From Amphiscolops sp. MND2022 (lineage: Eukaryota), in assembly GCA_964187785.1 (NCBI GenBank), contig OZ076411.1, positions 62,000,001 through 62,064,000 on the forward strand: a stretch of 64,000 bases of DNA. Reading direction: 5' to 3'. A model generated the notes under the pieces. The model saw only the letters and a list, made by a program, of their open reading frames with translations. It searched no databases and was not told the origin of the DNA. Each line of letters begins with the position of its first letter. Position 1 is the first letter of the stretch. Of the stretch, positions 26,001 through 37,996 are shown piece by piece. A program made the position numbers and the translations under genes.

Positions 26001-29000
26001 AAAGCAACTCCCATGCTAGTCTCGAACAGTCTCGTAGCATTGTTCAAGAGCAGTTTTGGGTTCTACGTTGTCGATCTGCACTAAAGACCATCATCCATCA
26101 TTGTATTCCTTGCAAAAGGATTACCCAGCATGTTGACTATCCGATCATGGCAGATCTACCTGATTGTCGCTTACCTTCTGCCAACCACTTTCCATTTCTT
26201 ACAACAGGACTCGATTTCGTTGGTCCGTTTCCCATCAAAGACAATGGTCAATTCGAGAGACGATATTGCTTGCTATTTACTTGCCTTGTCACAAGAGCTG
26301 TTCATATCGAAACTTGTGCTGATCTTAATACTGAGACAACCCTCATGGCAATACGTCGTTTCGTTTCTTTGCGTGGAAATCCACAACAAATCTACTCTGA
26401 CAATGCGACAACTTTCATCAAAGCTAGTAAAGAACTGAAAGATGGCATTGAGAAACTTCGAACGGACAATTCCTTTCGCGACGCCTTGTTACTACTCCAT
26501 TTGGATTGGCGCTTTATCCCCCTATCATCGCCTCATTTTGGTGGTTCTTGGGAGAGTTTGGTAAAGGTGTTCAAAAATGCTTTTTACCGTGTAATTGGTT
26601 CTCGAACTTTGACTCATGACACCCTCTCGACGTTTGTGTGCGAGGTTGCTGCTATGATGAATGGTCGACCTCTTACTCAAGTATCCAGCGATTTCCGAGA
26701 CGTGGAACCAATCACACCGAACCATTTCCTGCTGGGCCGTCCATCGCCAAATTTTCCACCCGGCATTTTCTTGGACAAGTCAATCACTATCTCCAGCAGT
26801 TGGAAGCAAGCACAACAGATCAACAGCACTCAAGAAAAGAAAAGAGAAAGAGGAAACCAATTCCTCAGGTAAATATATTTTGAAACTGTCCCCTCTTTGT
26901 TACCCCTCCTCTTTTCTGATTATTCTTATATAATAAATATATTTTATTTTACTGGTCTCAACCATTTACTAATCTTAGTCAGTGTTTCCGGGCATTTCTG
27001 ACGATTCATTTTATGGCCACTGTCCCCACGACTGCTATAACGAATTCACCCATTATGCGAGGTCAGTAACATAATTTTGGCGCCCAACGTGTAAAGTCGA
27101 TCCCATTCTTCGTGTCTGTTACCACGTTGGTTGCAATTCGTTTCGTCTCTGGGATTCTTCTTTCTAGTTGTTCCAATCTTCGTTACGTCTCCTGTTCATC
27201 CGTCGCTTTTGTTTTATTTGATATATTCGAACAACTGTGAGGAGTATAAACTTTTGATTTACCTACATTTTCATTCGTTTCGTTATGTTTCGCATTTGTT
27301 GCGTTATTATCATCTTTTACGTCTTTCATTATGTTTATCATCGGAGCCAGCTGTCTCGATAATATCCTAAAGTCAACGTCCATCCCTCATTCCTTTCGTT
27401 ATTCACTCTCCAAAAGATCCTTTGCAATACGAGGACTCAGTTTCAACACTTCTTCGATTTATCGTTTCAAAGTTTTGCAAAATCTTCTTCGTCGTGGCCC
27501 ACTCGCATGCAAACCAAACATAGTCATTTGGCACGACGTCATTAGTAACAGTCTCTCGAAGCATCAGAGCAACAATTACACATCCCTGTCACCTAAAGAG
27601 TTGATTCAACTGCTCTTTGAATTCCGAAATCGCATCCGCGCCATTGTTTACGTTCAACGGAGTGGAAGTCCAAACATCCTGAAAGAACTTTTTTCATCTG
27701 GAATCCTCATTTTAGACGCTCAAAATAAATTGTTGTCTCAACGAAAACGAAGGACTCCTTCTGTCATCCGTGCGTTGAGTAGTGTTCACCCTTCGCTTGC
27801 CTTGGATTCCCATTTACTTCACATTGTAGTCAAGCATCAACAAAACTTGTTTCACTCCTGAAGAAACAGCGCAAAAACAAGCGAGACAGGCTGTCCTTCC
27901 AGGCTCATCAATAACATCTGTTGCTAACGATTTTTTGATCCTTGTGACACTCAAAGTGCGTTAACTCGCACGGGTCGATCAGGGTGAGATTAGTCGTTCG
28001 TAACATCTTTCCGAAAAAGGAACATCTTTCGTTTCCATCGAAATTTTTCAGCTGCTTCGCAATGCCTCCCAAAACTTATAATTTACGCAATCGTGAGCCA
28101 TCTAACGGTGACGATGCCCATGTTGACGTCTCGGCCGACACTCAAACTGTCGACTCTGAGCCTTCTGAAATCAACACTATCCAAAATACGCAGCCATGAG
28201 CACCCCCAATCAAAGGCAACAAAGGATTTGCTGAATCTTTTCCACCACCAACTTTAAATTCCTCACTCCATTTAAATAAAGCCAAACCTGACATTACCGA
28301 TGAATTATCATTTTACTTGAACACCTTCAAATAGTTTTAATTAGAGGCAGTGAAATCAGCTCGAAAATTGGCAAGGCGCTTTTGACTGGGGGTCTTCCGA
28401 CTGCACAAAATGGGCGCTGTTGTGACTCAACATTTTGATCGATGAATTTCGACGTGAAATCTTTTGAATAGTTTTGGATTGTTGTTTAATTCGTATTGCT
28501 CATAGCAAGTTCTCCTGAATGGAATTATTCAAAAATTAATCTTTGCGTTTTTGCAAGATATAGAAACGAAACTCAAGAAAAGAAAAGAGAAAGAGGAAAC
28601 CAATTCCTCAGGTAAATATATTTTGAAACTGTCCCCTCTTTGTTACCCCTCCTCTTTTCTGATTATTCTTATATAATAAATATATTTTATACAATATCAG
28701 TTATTTTACTGGTCTCAACCTTTTACTAATTTTAGTCAGTGTTTGCGGGCATTTCTGACGATTCATTTTATGGCCACTGTCCCCACGACTGCTATAACGA
28801 ATTCACCCATTATGCGAGGTCAGTAACAGGCGCCTTTGTCTGTACACATGTTTTATAATGTTTCCATTATACAACTATTATTAAAACACCTTACTCAAAG
28901 GTCAGACCCAAAATTCTAACGGATGCTTCATGTTCATAACTAGAGGTGCACCGGACAGGAAAATTTTCATCCGGCCGGACAGGACTGAATGAACTCGGAT

Positions 29001-29718
29001 ACCTAGGAGATATTTTCCTCAACTATAAGCGATAACAGACTGTTTTCAGAATTGGGCAACGAGTATGACGAAAAGCTAAAAAAACGTTTGCTCCATACTA
29101 GTGAAAAAACATTTTTTCTTCAAAATCAAAATGCCTAAAATTTTCTACTGTTGTCGATAAATGATGGTCAAAAGTGGCAATAAATACATGCATGTCGAAG
29201 TTCAAATGCATTTTAAAAATTTTTCACACCGAATTTTTGAGCAGGGGTCTAAATCGAACGTTAACTACTTTTAGATTCAGGTTGAGCCGAATTTTGATCT
29301 CACTTTTTGACGACTCAATGTCTTGAATGAATCAATTGAACCAGTTTTCACACAAAGTTTTTTGCCTCCAGTCCTTCATGGTGACTTAATATTTTGATTC
29401 ATAAATTCGAATTTTGGCAGTTTCAAACAGTTTTAATCTGAGATATGTGATCATTTGCTAAGATCTCTGTCCTGGCAAATTCCGATTTAAGTCCGGCCAG
29501 AACCGGATCAGAATTGATGTCCGGTACACCGATATTCAGAACAGTACCACAATATTCATTTTCGCAGAAATGATAAGTGATGACTCACCGACTAAAGGAA
29601 TGAAGTGGTTTCGAATGCAGATGGAGGTTACTAATACTTCAAACGAAATCCCCGGTGAAGGAAAGAGTAATAATATTGCCACCAAAAACGGGGCACTCCT
29701 TATAAACGTAGACTGCAT
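16301..29718 (-). CDS. Membrane-bound UDP-glycosyltransferase (GT1/UGT-like), 510 aa, exons 29718-29589, 17988-17793, 17507-16301
   Basis: Splice sites G|GTGAGT, TTTTCTTTTCAG|, AG|GTTAGT and GTTTTAG| have compatible phases (1, 2) and give 1533 nt. Signal peptide, then RNH (His38), ELVSRGHKVTV, FDVILCD, KPIVLVTMGS, a divergent UGT signature ending P-GYL-EQ, a C-terminal TM helix and a KxKxx tail (KPKTQ). Confidence 0.88.
20057..20704 (+). repeat. LTR (first copy, minimum extent) of element 2
   Basis: About 99% identical to 28181-28828; 20447-20704 also matches 26828-27071, which has a small internal deletion. Confidence 0.85.
20711..20724 (+). promoter_or_regulatory. Primer binding site, tRNA-Lys(1,2)-type
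   Basis: TGGCGCCCAACGTG, 6 nt after the LTR end, equals the first 14 nt of the known Lys1,2 PBS TGGCGCCCAACGTGGGGC. Second copy at 27078-27091. Confidence 0.85.
20964..21548 (+). CDS. Extra retrotransposon ORF upstream of gag, putative SGNH/GDSL-hydrolase-like fold (194 aa)
   Basis: Intact ATG-to-stop ORF between PBS and gag. IIGAS (block I-like), IRGL (block II-like), IVIWHDVISNS (block III-like), SSVHPS (block V-like); basic C-tail. Confidence 0.6.
   Translation: MFIIGASCLDNILKSTSIPHSFRYSLSKRSFAIRGLSFNTSSIYRFKVLQNLLRRGPLACKPNIVIWHDVISNSLSKHQSNNYTSLSPEELIQLLFEFRNRIRAIVYVQRSGSPNILKELFSSGILILDAQNKLLSQRKRRTPSVIRALSSVHPSLALDSHLLHIVVKHQQNLVSLLKKQRKNKRDRLSFQAHQ
21696..22736 (+). CDS. BEL/Pao gag, N-terminal part (frameshifted near 22655)
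   Basis: MPPKTYNLR start; BEL gag motif LPKIQQPVFQGDPLAW...EKIIHLQTLVSGEPKALIAG. The protein-like reading continues in the -1 frame as STDDPNSITNYANF...LSKLPADVRLNW. Confidence 0.85.
   Translation: MPPKTYNLRNREPSNGDDAHVDVSADTQTVDSEPSEINTIHSLILLQQEEVASLLPFGNDLLTNYTDFDDISSVTSELTVAEAELVRLTKSLALHISTTDFAPHANKLTSIKLDIRRFKVSVARSKRSSCSGSNSNDSPAPAAATSDLPSSSSSHHPHGDDSTAVPPLTNAVSFSSTTFEPNMPLSNNLQTNPFGITQSVDTSTHENAIDPASISTTNALHDNTDTVPPQRRLTLPKIQQPVFQGDPLAWLDRFGLFSATIDSAAISQAEKIIHLQTLVSGEPKALIAGYGCNPAMYQYALSRLKSTYGKPDRIVMSFLQRHQLMIRIPSRTMQISSLLLSIPSHN
22657..26872 (+). CDS. BEL/Pao gag C-terminus, protease, RT, RNase H and integrase (integrase C-terminus truncated)
   Basis: Open for more than 1348 aa: CFNCLKGH...C...CMKKHHTLLH, LLDTGS, YLPHHPV, ADIEAMF, FGATDSP, YMDD, FNDAS, WTDS, NPADD, HHCC zinc finger, GLDFVGP, SDNAT, GGSWE. 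Breaks after SWKQAQQINS into LTR sequence at 26828. Confidence 0.95.
26828..27071 (+). repeat. Middle LTR copy (5'-truncated) of element 2
   Basis: Matches 20447-20704 and is followed by the same PBS. Confidence 0.88.
27331..27861 (+). pseudogene. Second copy of the SGNH-like ORF with a 1-nt deletion near its C-terminus
   Basis: CAAAACTTG versus CAAAACCTTG in copy 1, plus an E to K change; otherwise identical. Confidence 0.8.
28181..28828 (+). repeat. Terminal LTR copy of element 2, joined to truncated gag
   Basis: Gag copy stops at ATCAACACTATCCA and continues as LTR CCAAAATACGC, a 3-bp CCA microhomology. Unique sequence resumes at 28829. Confidence 0.88.
28941..29534. mobile_element. hAT-like MITE (594 bp)
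   Basis: Imperfect TIRs TAGAGGTGCACCGGACA / TGTCCGGTACACCGATA; 8-bp TSD TTCATAAC / TTCAGAAC (7/8 match). Confidence 0.75.
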
Positions 29719-30359
29719 GGCTGTACTGCACTGGTGATAATCAATCGCTCAATAATTGTTTCAGCAACACAGTAATCTCACCATGGAATGGTTTGGGTTG
29801 CAATTTGACTTTAAAGTAAAGGAATGCTTCTTCAGCGATGGGAATGTCAGCTAGGTCTCTAAATACTCAAAAAGTTCACAACTGATTCACTGGGAACATG
29901 AACCGAAACAAAGTCACCACTTTACCACAAATCAAAACATTGACATTCTTCTTTGTTGACGTAATAATCCTCGGCACCGAAAGACAGTTGTTTTATAACA
30001 TAAGACCTGAAATACCATGAATAACAATAAAAGGGTGACATTTCAACAAACACATTCTGTTCTTCACATTATTTGTTGGTAACACTCGAGGGAATCTAAG
30101 GCCGAAAAGTTACCCCAAAAGTTGATATGTCACATTGACATTGTTACGACCTTTATTTCTGACCGGTGGATAAATAATGCTTAGAAATAATGTCCGCCAA
30201 GAAACATGAGACAAAATTACTTATTACAGTACTAAATGTCAAAAAAACTTGGCCAATATCTCAGAAACTGACAAAAAACACTGAAAATTTTCAAATACTG
30301 ACTACACCGTCCAAGTTTCAACTTTCTGTTTGTTGAGAACGCTTCATTCGAGACATGAT

Positions 30360-30787
30360 ACTACAAAACCAAAACAAAGCCTGGAACGGCGAAAGGTTCA
30401 AAAAAGTTCATCGAATTTACAGTGCCAAGAAATACCCCAAGGGATACGCATAAGACTCGAAAACCACTTTTTCCACAACAAGAGACAACAAAACCCATTT
30501 TGCTCCTAGAAAACCTCTCAAAAAAACAAAATTGAGGAAAATAACTAAGAAGTCGTCTATGCTCGCGAAACCAAATAACAAGCATTAAATTTGGTCAATT
30601 ACGAGACTGGAACACACGTCCTTCTGCTTCTGAGAACCTCAAAAAATCCGGATTAACCTCTTTGCCGAGTGGCAGTAGAAGTTCCAAGTTACTAAGCAAC
30701 AGCTTAGAAAATCCGTTAGTTCGTCGGTTTAAAATTTTTTATAGTCACTACTATAGTCTGATCTTTCTACGAAAGCACCGGCTAAAA
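30360..30787 (-). mobile_element. Degenerate HINE-like copy with a decayed tRNA-like module
   Basis: Shares ACAGTGCCAAGAAATACCCCAAGGGATAC...AAAACCACTTTT blocks and the CTACGAAAGCACCGGCTAAAAA end with other copies. Confidence 0.45.
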
Positions 30788-31349
30788 AATGAGAATACTT
30801 CAATTTTTCGTGGAAAAAGAAACATCAACTGTTGTTCAGGCCTTTCATTTTTAAAGTAGAGTTTATCAGAAAAATGTTTGAATTGAAAGTTAAAGAACAG
30901 ATTCTATTTCACAAGAGATATTGCGTGATATAAGTCGAGAAATGCCAAAATTCACAAGAAATGCTGGGATCGCATTCGATTTCAAAACAAAAATACTAGT
31001 ACTTGCTCAAACTGGTCAAAGTTTGGCACTTTTGCTTCTGCGACTTTCCTGTCAAATGCATATCTAAAGATATATTAAATTCAGTAAGCTTCGAATTGGC
31101 TGTTCAAATAGTGTTTTTGGTACCCTAGCGTATTCAGATCAAAGTTATTGAATGACACTGGCATGCGATTTGATCAAGTGCAGTACATAGTACATACATT
31201 TGGATACTGGTTACTATAATCCCACCTTTAGTTTAATAACATTATCTGACACAGAGGCGAAGCCGTGCTTCGCAAACACTTGCGAAGAAAGTTGCGAACT
31301 TTTGAAGAAACCCAAATAAGCAATATCATACGGAGAGCCAAGGGTAAAA

Positions 31350-32250
31350 GGACATTATTGTTAAAATTTAATCAATATTTACAGCGCCAAAAAATCCCGA
31401 AGGGATACCCATAAATCTCGAAAACAATTCTTCTGCAACTGGAAACAACAGAAAACCCATCTTTCTCAACCGTAAACCTTTAAAAAAACAGAAAATTGTG
31501 GAAAAAAATTTTCGAAATTTTTCGAAAATTTTTTGATGAAGGTCTCCGGCAAGTCGCATAGTGCCGACAACCTTGAGCAGTGCTTTATGCTCGCAAAACG
31601 TTTCTAGTAAAAATTGAGGGGGCTTCGATGAAAACAAATTAGAAAAAAAGTCGCATAGAAAAAACAGCGGTCTTTAAAAAAAATAAAAATCGGATATAGC
31701 GTGCTGGGCCTGAGAAAACCTTATTTTAAGACAAAAATTATTCGATTTGAAAAATCTCACAATGCCGAAAACTGTAAAAGGGGGGCACTTTGAGATTTTT
31801 TAAACATCCATTCTGTTGCAAAATTTCAAAAAATTGAAGCGAGACTTGAAAAATTTTCAAAAAAAAAACAAAAAATGAAAAATTTCAACAGTCTAATAGT
31901 GCCAAAAATCTGAAAGAAGGGACCCTTTGGGATTTTTTAACATTCGTTCTGTTGCAAAAAACCAAAAAAATTAAGGGAGGAATCTTTGGTGACATGAGAA
32001 AAAATTGCGAAAAAAGTCACAGAGCCGAAATAACATGCACGAAAAATTTTGGTCAAGGGAGAGACTTGAACCCACGTCCTTCTGCTTGGCAGACCTCAAA
32101 TAATCCTAATTAACCTCTATGCCAAGTGCCAGAAGTTGCGACAAGTGCTGGAAGTTGGCCAACTGCCAGGAGTTGCCACGGCCACAAATTCAGACTATGC
32201 GACTTGCGGTCTGAAACGAGAGTTGTCGCGCGGAAAAAAAAGCAACCGCA
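31350..32250 (-). mobile_element. Degenerate HINE-like copy with a tRNA-like module at 32057-32130
   Basis: GTCTCCGGCAAGTCGCATAGTGCCG and GGGACCCTTTGGG blocks; A-box and B-box on the minus strand. Confidence 0.5.
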
Positions 32251-32428
32251 CTTTCTCATAACACTTGCTTATCGCAAGTGTAATAAGTTCTTAGCAAAAA
32301 GCCCAAGGTTATATCAACTGCGAGATGAAAACTCATCGCGAAACCAAGCTCCTCAATCAAAAATGAGGCACGACATATCCCAGTTTCGGTTTTTCAATTC
32401 GCATCCTCTCTCATTAATCAATTGACGA

Positions 32429-33164
32429 CCCAGTGTAAAATATCTTGAAACTCTTGCCAAGATCTTGGATTTTCCCGCAAACTCCCGTTACCTCTTGAAA
32501 CCCTTGATAAGATCTTGAATTATCTTGGACCGTTAAAAAATCTTGAATATCTTGACAAGAATCTTGCCAATATTCTTGTCAAGAATTCCGGGAGGTGAAA
32601 ACTGCATGTAGCAAGTCTGTGATAATTTATGCATTTCATCAAACACCAAACCAGGAGCGTTTGTATGGAACAAATTTTGTTTATAATAAAATTTCCTGCG
32701 GAAACATGGAAAAATATCAAAGATGAAATCAGGGAAACTTTCCAAAAGTAAATTGGAGCCAAATTCTTGAATCAAATTGATAACGTTGTAATAATACAAA
32801 ACAAAGTTTGGTACCAATTGACATATCGTCTGTTTTAGACTGGAACTGTAGTATACTAATACAGTTCACAAATTCGCTAATTTAGTGGTGCTTAAGAACA
32901 ATATTATCTTGCTGTTTCCCCGCTTATTCTTGGGTTTTCCCGGATTTCTTAGCAAGATTCTTGGTTTTTTCTGAAAGATTTTTTGTACTAAAACCCTTTT
33001 TGTGCGTTTTTTGAGTCGAAAAGATTAAGCATTTTTCTTGAAGTTCTTCGCAAGATCGTACATATTCTTGGCGCTCTTGGTAAGAATCTTGCCAATAATC
33101 TTACCAAGGGTTTCAGGAATTTGCAAGATTCTTGGCAAGAATTTCAAGATATTTTACACTTGGG
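32429..33164. mobile_element. MITE with ~40-bp TIRs and AAGATCTTG-like subterminal repeats
   Basis: CCCAGTGTAAAATATCTTGAAACTCTTGCCAAGA versus the reverse complement of the right end CCCAAGTGTAAAATATCTTGAAATTCTTGCCAAGA. No clear TSD. Confidence 0.75.
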
Positions 33165-34395
33165 ATAAATGTTCCAGGGGTGTGCGTTCATTTCACCCCA
33201 GGTTCATTTCACCCCACTTTCAATTCACGCCATATTGTGATTATACAAAAGCGTCTCACCTTACTTACCCAATTAACAATTAAACTTTGATGCCCACTGT
33301 CTTTGAGTTAGCTTTAAATTGATTGTCAGTTTCTGTAGGAAATTATTTGCCGTAGGAAAACGGAATAGGATTTTTTGCTGAAGATTCGCAGCATACAAAG
33401 TTGAAGATTTTGATTGACAGAAAAAAAGATCTTTTCAGCGCCTTGTTCAGAAGTATTACAATTCCAGCATTCCAGTTCACATAGCCAGCATCGCTTGGTT
33501 CCGATTTTGTGGTTCACATAGCCAGCATCGTTTTTAATTAGATTCAAGACGCTTTTCTACTAGATTGAAATTGTGTGACAATAGTCATTAATATGAGACG
33601 CATTTGATAATTTAAAATAATTTAAATGTAGGGTGAAATGAATTTGGAGTGAAATGATACTAAACCGTTCCAGGTTATCACTAAACCGTAGCCTAGGTAA
33701 ACAAATGATCGAAAGACGGTAGCATTATAAAACCTAGTTCGCTTTAGTTTTAACGCCAGAGCAAAAACCGCGTAATAGCCACATCTAAAACAAAAAATGT
33801 TGAATGTAGAAAAATGAACGATTTACTAAATTTCCACAGTATGTCCTCGAAGTCAAGAAAATCGAGATAACCACAGAAAACGTCACGCTTCTCTTTTGAC
33901 GTTCACATGGAGATGGGAAAACTAGAATGCACAATGAGCAAACCGCAAATATTCAACTCCTTGAATTCAAGATTGTTTGAAACGTCATTTGAAGATTCGA
34001 CTAAAACCAGTTCTAATGAACCAACTTTCGAGAACCAAAGAACACTATCTATAATGGACTACAGACATATTGTATACGACGAGGGACTTGTTTCTTTGAC
34101 CATTGAGTGCTTGCCGAAGAAACTGACTGACACGTTAAGACAGCGAAGAAACTCTCAAAAATTTCTTGATCGGCATTAGTTTCTCGGGAATTCGGGACGA
34201 GATGATAAAAAATCACAAAATGTCTCACGTGAGTCAATTCACTTAAAACAGGCTTTCGATAAGAATTTACCCAGATGCAACTCAACATGCAATTCCATGC
34301 ATGAAGCCATACGGTTTCATACGAAAATTTCCGCTGTTCCCAAGACAATTCACGCAAAATCGTGGTAGTTTTTGAGACTGGAAATTTGTTATTAT

Positions 34396-34764
34396 CAGAG
34401 TTTTGACACTACTAATCAGCGATTTAACGAATTACCGGCTGCGCAGAATTTTTCAGCGGTTCTATTTGCGATATCAACATTGAAATTAGTGGTAACTAAT
34501 GGATTGTCCAAATTCAAAATTTCCTCGGAGTATACACGGGGTTTCAAAACGAGGTTCGAAAAATTGCAGCCCACACATTTGTAAAATCCACATAGCATAA
34601 AAAATTCTTTTTCTTGCAAAAATTGAATTGAGCTATCGTTTTTATTCAAAACTTCTTGAATTCATACATTTAATAAATCGAAGAAAACGTTTTTCAGGGA
34701 AATAGCGATTGTGAAATTAGCGGTTTAGCGATTAGCGGGAAAAAATAGCGATGTCAAAACTCGG
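34396..34764. mobile_element. hAT-like MITE (369 bp)
   Basis: TIRs CAGAGTTTTGACA / TGTCAAAACTCGG; 8-bp TSD GTTATTAT / GTTATGAT; TTAGCG subterminal repeats. Confidence 0.72.
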
Positions 34765-35598
34765 GTTATGATGATCTCATAGTTCAATATCATTATTCCA
34801 CTGACATTATATACATGACGAGTTTAAAATTGAGGTGCAAGAATTTAACGTGATTGTACTGATGCTTTGTTTCCAAAGCTAACCCGATATTTTCGACAAT
34901 AGGTGTAGCTTTTGACTAGGTCATCATAACTATTATGTATAGATTGCTTGAGGTTGATATGAAAAACACTGTATTAATCTTTGGTGATAAAACAAAAGAT
35001 AACAGTAAGCTCATTTTCTCCTAGAGACATACAGTTCAAAGCGGGAGGTTTACTTGTCCCGAAGTAATGGGTGTTAGAAGACAAATACGATTTCCGTTTC
35101 CCAAAGAAACGACGGAACTGTCTCAAAGTTCAATGACCTCAAATAAAATAATTTCTATTAGGGAACTCTTCAAACCATAGAAAACTTGAAATATTTCAAC
35201 GGATACATTTCCGATTTTTTTGTCTCTTCTATTTATTAACTCTATCACGTCGATTTGACTGTTTCTCATGAATTTAACCAAACAAACGTCATTTTTTGCC
35301 CAATAGTCCATTGGGATAAAAATTATAACCTCAATCAGCGGCGTTTTCCCCAGAATTTTGCCATTTTATAGTAAAAAAATAGACGTTCTTCCAAAGAATG
35401 AACGACGCAAAAATTAGGTTCGTAACATATTTATTCGTGGACTTTTTTTTGGAAAACGTGCCTGACATGAAAAATGCTGAGAAGGCAAAAACGATGAAAA
35501 GTTGTCAACTATTGATCTTTTTATGCAAGAGTAATATGATTTCTGAATGTTTTCGTCGGTATGAATATCCACAGAGTGTAATGACATACTTAGCAAAC

Positions 35599-35996
35599 TT
35601 TTTAGTCGGCGTTTTCGAAGAAAATCCCGACTCTTACAGTGGCTAGTTTTTTTTTCGTCAGTTCAACGCGTACGTCCACTTTTTGTGCATTAATCCAATT
35701 AATGCACATTTACCAACTTTTACCATATGTACTTAGTACTTCATTTTCAACGCATCCAAAGCGTCAAACATGAGATAAAAAGCGTCCCCCCTTTTACATT
35801 TTTCGGCACTATGCGACTTACCGGAAACTTCGAAAAAAAATTTCAAATTTTTTTTTTCAATTTTTAGTTTTTTGAGAGCTTTTGTTGTTTTTTCTTAAAA
35901 GGGTCCCCAATTCACCAATACTTTGACATTTTCAAGTCCTTCTGCTATTTTTGAGCCTTAGATATGGCGCCGACTTGGGCCGTTCCCGGCTTGTTT
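35599..35996 (+). mobile_element. HINE-like element, full copy
   Basis: TTTTTAGTCGGCG...CCCGACT 5' stem; 3' GGCGCCGACTTGGGCCGTTCCCGGCTTGTTT. Confidence 0.65.
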
Positions 35997-36532
35997 CTCC
36001 AAACAAATATGAAGTTTTTTTTCAAATATGGAGAAAAAATTGCCTCGAACTGGACTCGGAGATTAAAAAATCAAATGAACATAAATCACTGATTAACACA
36101 CTTATTCGGATTGGTTACGCTCATGCATTCCACATAAAAAAAATTAAAGTTAACTTTACGAACTCAACAGATTCCAGAACGAAGGCCAATTAACTAGGTT
36201 TCTTGACCACCCTTAAGAAAAAACATACTTGAAACGCATCAATTTTTTAATAGCACAAAAAGCTGCACCCTTCGTTGAATGATGATGAAAAATTACATGT
36301 TCATGCTCTGAAAGATTCAGTTAACTTTATTATAAGAACATTTTTTAATTGACACAGATGAACGCACTCGCTTACAAACAGTTGTTGAGCACAAATTGGA
36401 TCTCCATTGCACCGCCAACTCGTTTTTAACGTCCTGTTTCAATAGTCAGCATGTAGCAACTACATTATTACATTTTTATCACAATATTCCTGGTATAACA
36501 TTCACACACACATTGGCGGAGTTTGACCATTG

Positions 36533-36576
36533 CATCAATGGAGGAGCCTTGAGCCATCAATGGAGGAGCCTTGAGC
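36533..36576. repeat. Perfect 22-bp tandem duplication
   Basis: CATCAATGGAGGAGCCTTGAGC twice. Confidence 0.9.
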
Positions 36577-37996
36577 TGTGAATGAAACCACTTTGGCTTT
36601 CCATAATACGACCACTTCAACATGGAGCATGAATGTTTTTGTTGGCTAACCACCTCGTCGCCACTTTGCCGTAGTGCCGATACTAGCGAAGCAGCATTCA
36701 TAGACTGGAATACATGTAGTATATGGTTCAAATTGTATCCAACAGTTTTCAAGTACTGGCTCAACCAACTTGTTGGCGACAAAAGAGGAACAATGGTCAT
36801 CGTTTCAACTGAAATTAATTATCACAACTGATGTCGCAACAACACTGAAGAATGAAAATTAGAAGCTGGAAATAATTGACGTGCCAACGGCCTACCATAT
36901 GGTTCAAATGATCCATTTTTGCTTGAAAAAATCCATCCCAGTAGAAGTATCCTTTGTCATTGCTGTGACGAACGCGCTCTATTCAAATTGAGTAGGGATA
37001 ATCAGAAGCGGAAACTTCAGGACTCACTAGTATTTCTGCAACTGCAAAAATCTCATACACGTGACATTTCGAAACAAAACCAATTTACAAAATTTTATGG
37101 AAGTAAACTCCCAATTAACTGCTCATTTTTTTCTAATTTTGCGAAAGTGCGCTCTCAGTAGTTTTAGCTGAAAGCATCCAAATCTGCGATGATGAACTGG
37201 CTACTTTACAAAAAGACTACTAGTGAGAGGTAAGAACCTCATGTATTCTGAAAGTCTCACGAAACGATTCATTAGTAAACGCTCGCTCATTTATGCCACT
37301 AGGAGTTTCCCTTAGCTTCTAAAATAGACCTACTAGGGGGCTACGAGGAGAGATCATTTTGTAAAGATAATCTGGTCGAAAAAAAGCTAGCTGTCCTTGT
37401 TTCAATAAAATTCCAGCTTACGCAAAATAGTTAACCAGCCGGGAACAGACCAAGTCGGAGACCCCCTTAAGGCACAAAAGTGTGTGTAAATTCTTGCAAA
37501 TTAACTGAGGGCTGTTTTTGTGAAACTTCAAAACAGTGTTCCTCAATCGGAAAATTGGAAAAGACTTTTTTCCGCGTGGTTGTAGAATATCAAGGCATTC
37601 AAAAGGTTCAACAATTTAAAACATGGAAAATAAAAAAAATATGCTAAAACAAGTGGAAAATCTTTTGTCCCACCTAGTTAGCTCCGCATATAAATTTGAA
37701 AAACTCAGTTAGCCTAAAGGGGACGCGTTCAAGAAATTGTGCCAAAATAAGAGAACGTCTATAAAATCAGGATTTATGAAATCGTGTTCCATACGATTTA
37801 CCCGATTCTATGATAATATTTTTTGCGTTATGTCAAATTGGGAGCATTTTTGTTCCCCCCTCGTAAAATTGCGAAATCATTGAAAAGTACACATACCATT
37901 ATAGCTGTTTGCTTGAAATCGTGTGCACCCATCAAAATAGTGAAATGAAGTTTCAAACATTGTATTGAAATTATGATTCTTAGGGCAAAACTTCAG

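Larger units (their letters stand above)
20057..28828 (+). mobile_element. BEL/Pao retrotransposon (element 2): tandem LTR-internal-LTR-internal-LTR array inside UGT intron 1
   Basis: Three copies of the same LTR-end sequence ending GGTCAGTAACA (20704, 27071, 28828); PBS after the first two; gag-pol in between. The 5' boundary is unresolved (at or before 20057; candidate TGTT at 19750). No TSD found. Confidence 0.9.

Noticed and set aside
23642-26933. Short ORFs overlapping or antisense to BEL/Pao pol (likewise within element 1 and the UGT exons)
   Set aside because: Shadow frames of a well-supported coding sequence.
33907-36831. Isolated 60-110 aa ORFs at 33907, 35123, 35398 and 36468
   Set aside because: No recognisable motifs or consistent splice chain; interrupted by MITEs and a 22-bp duplication.
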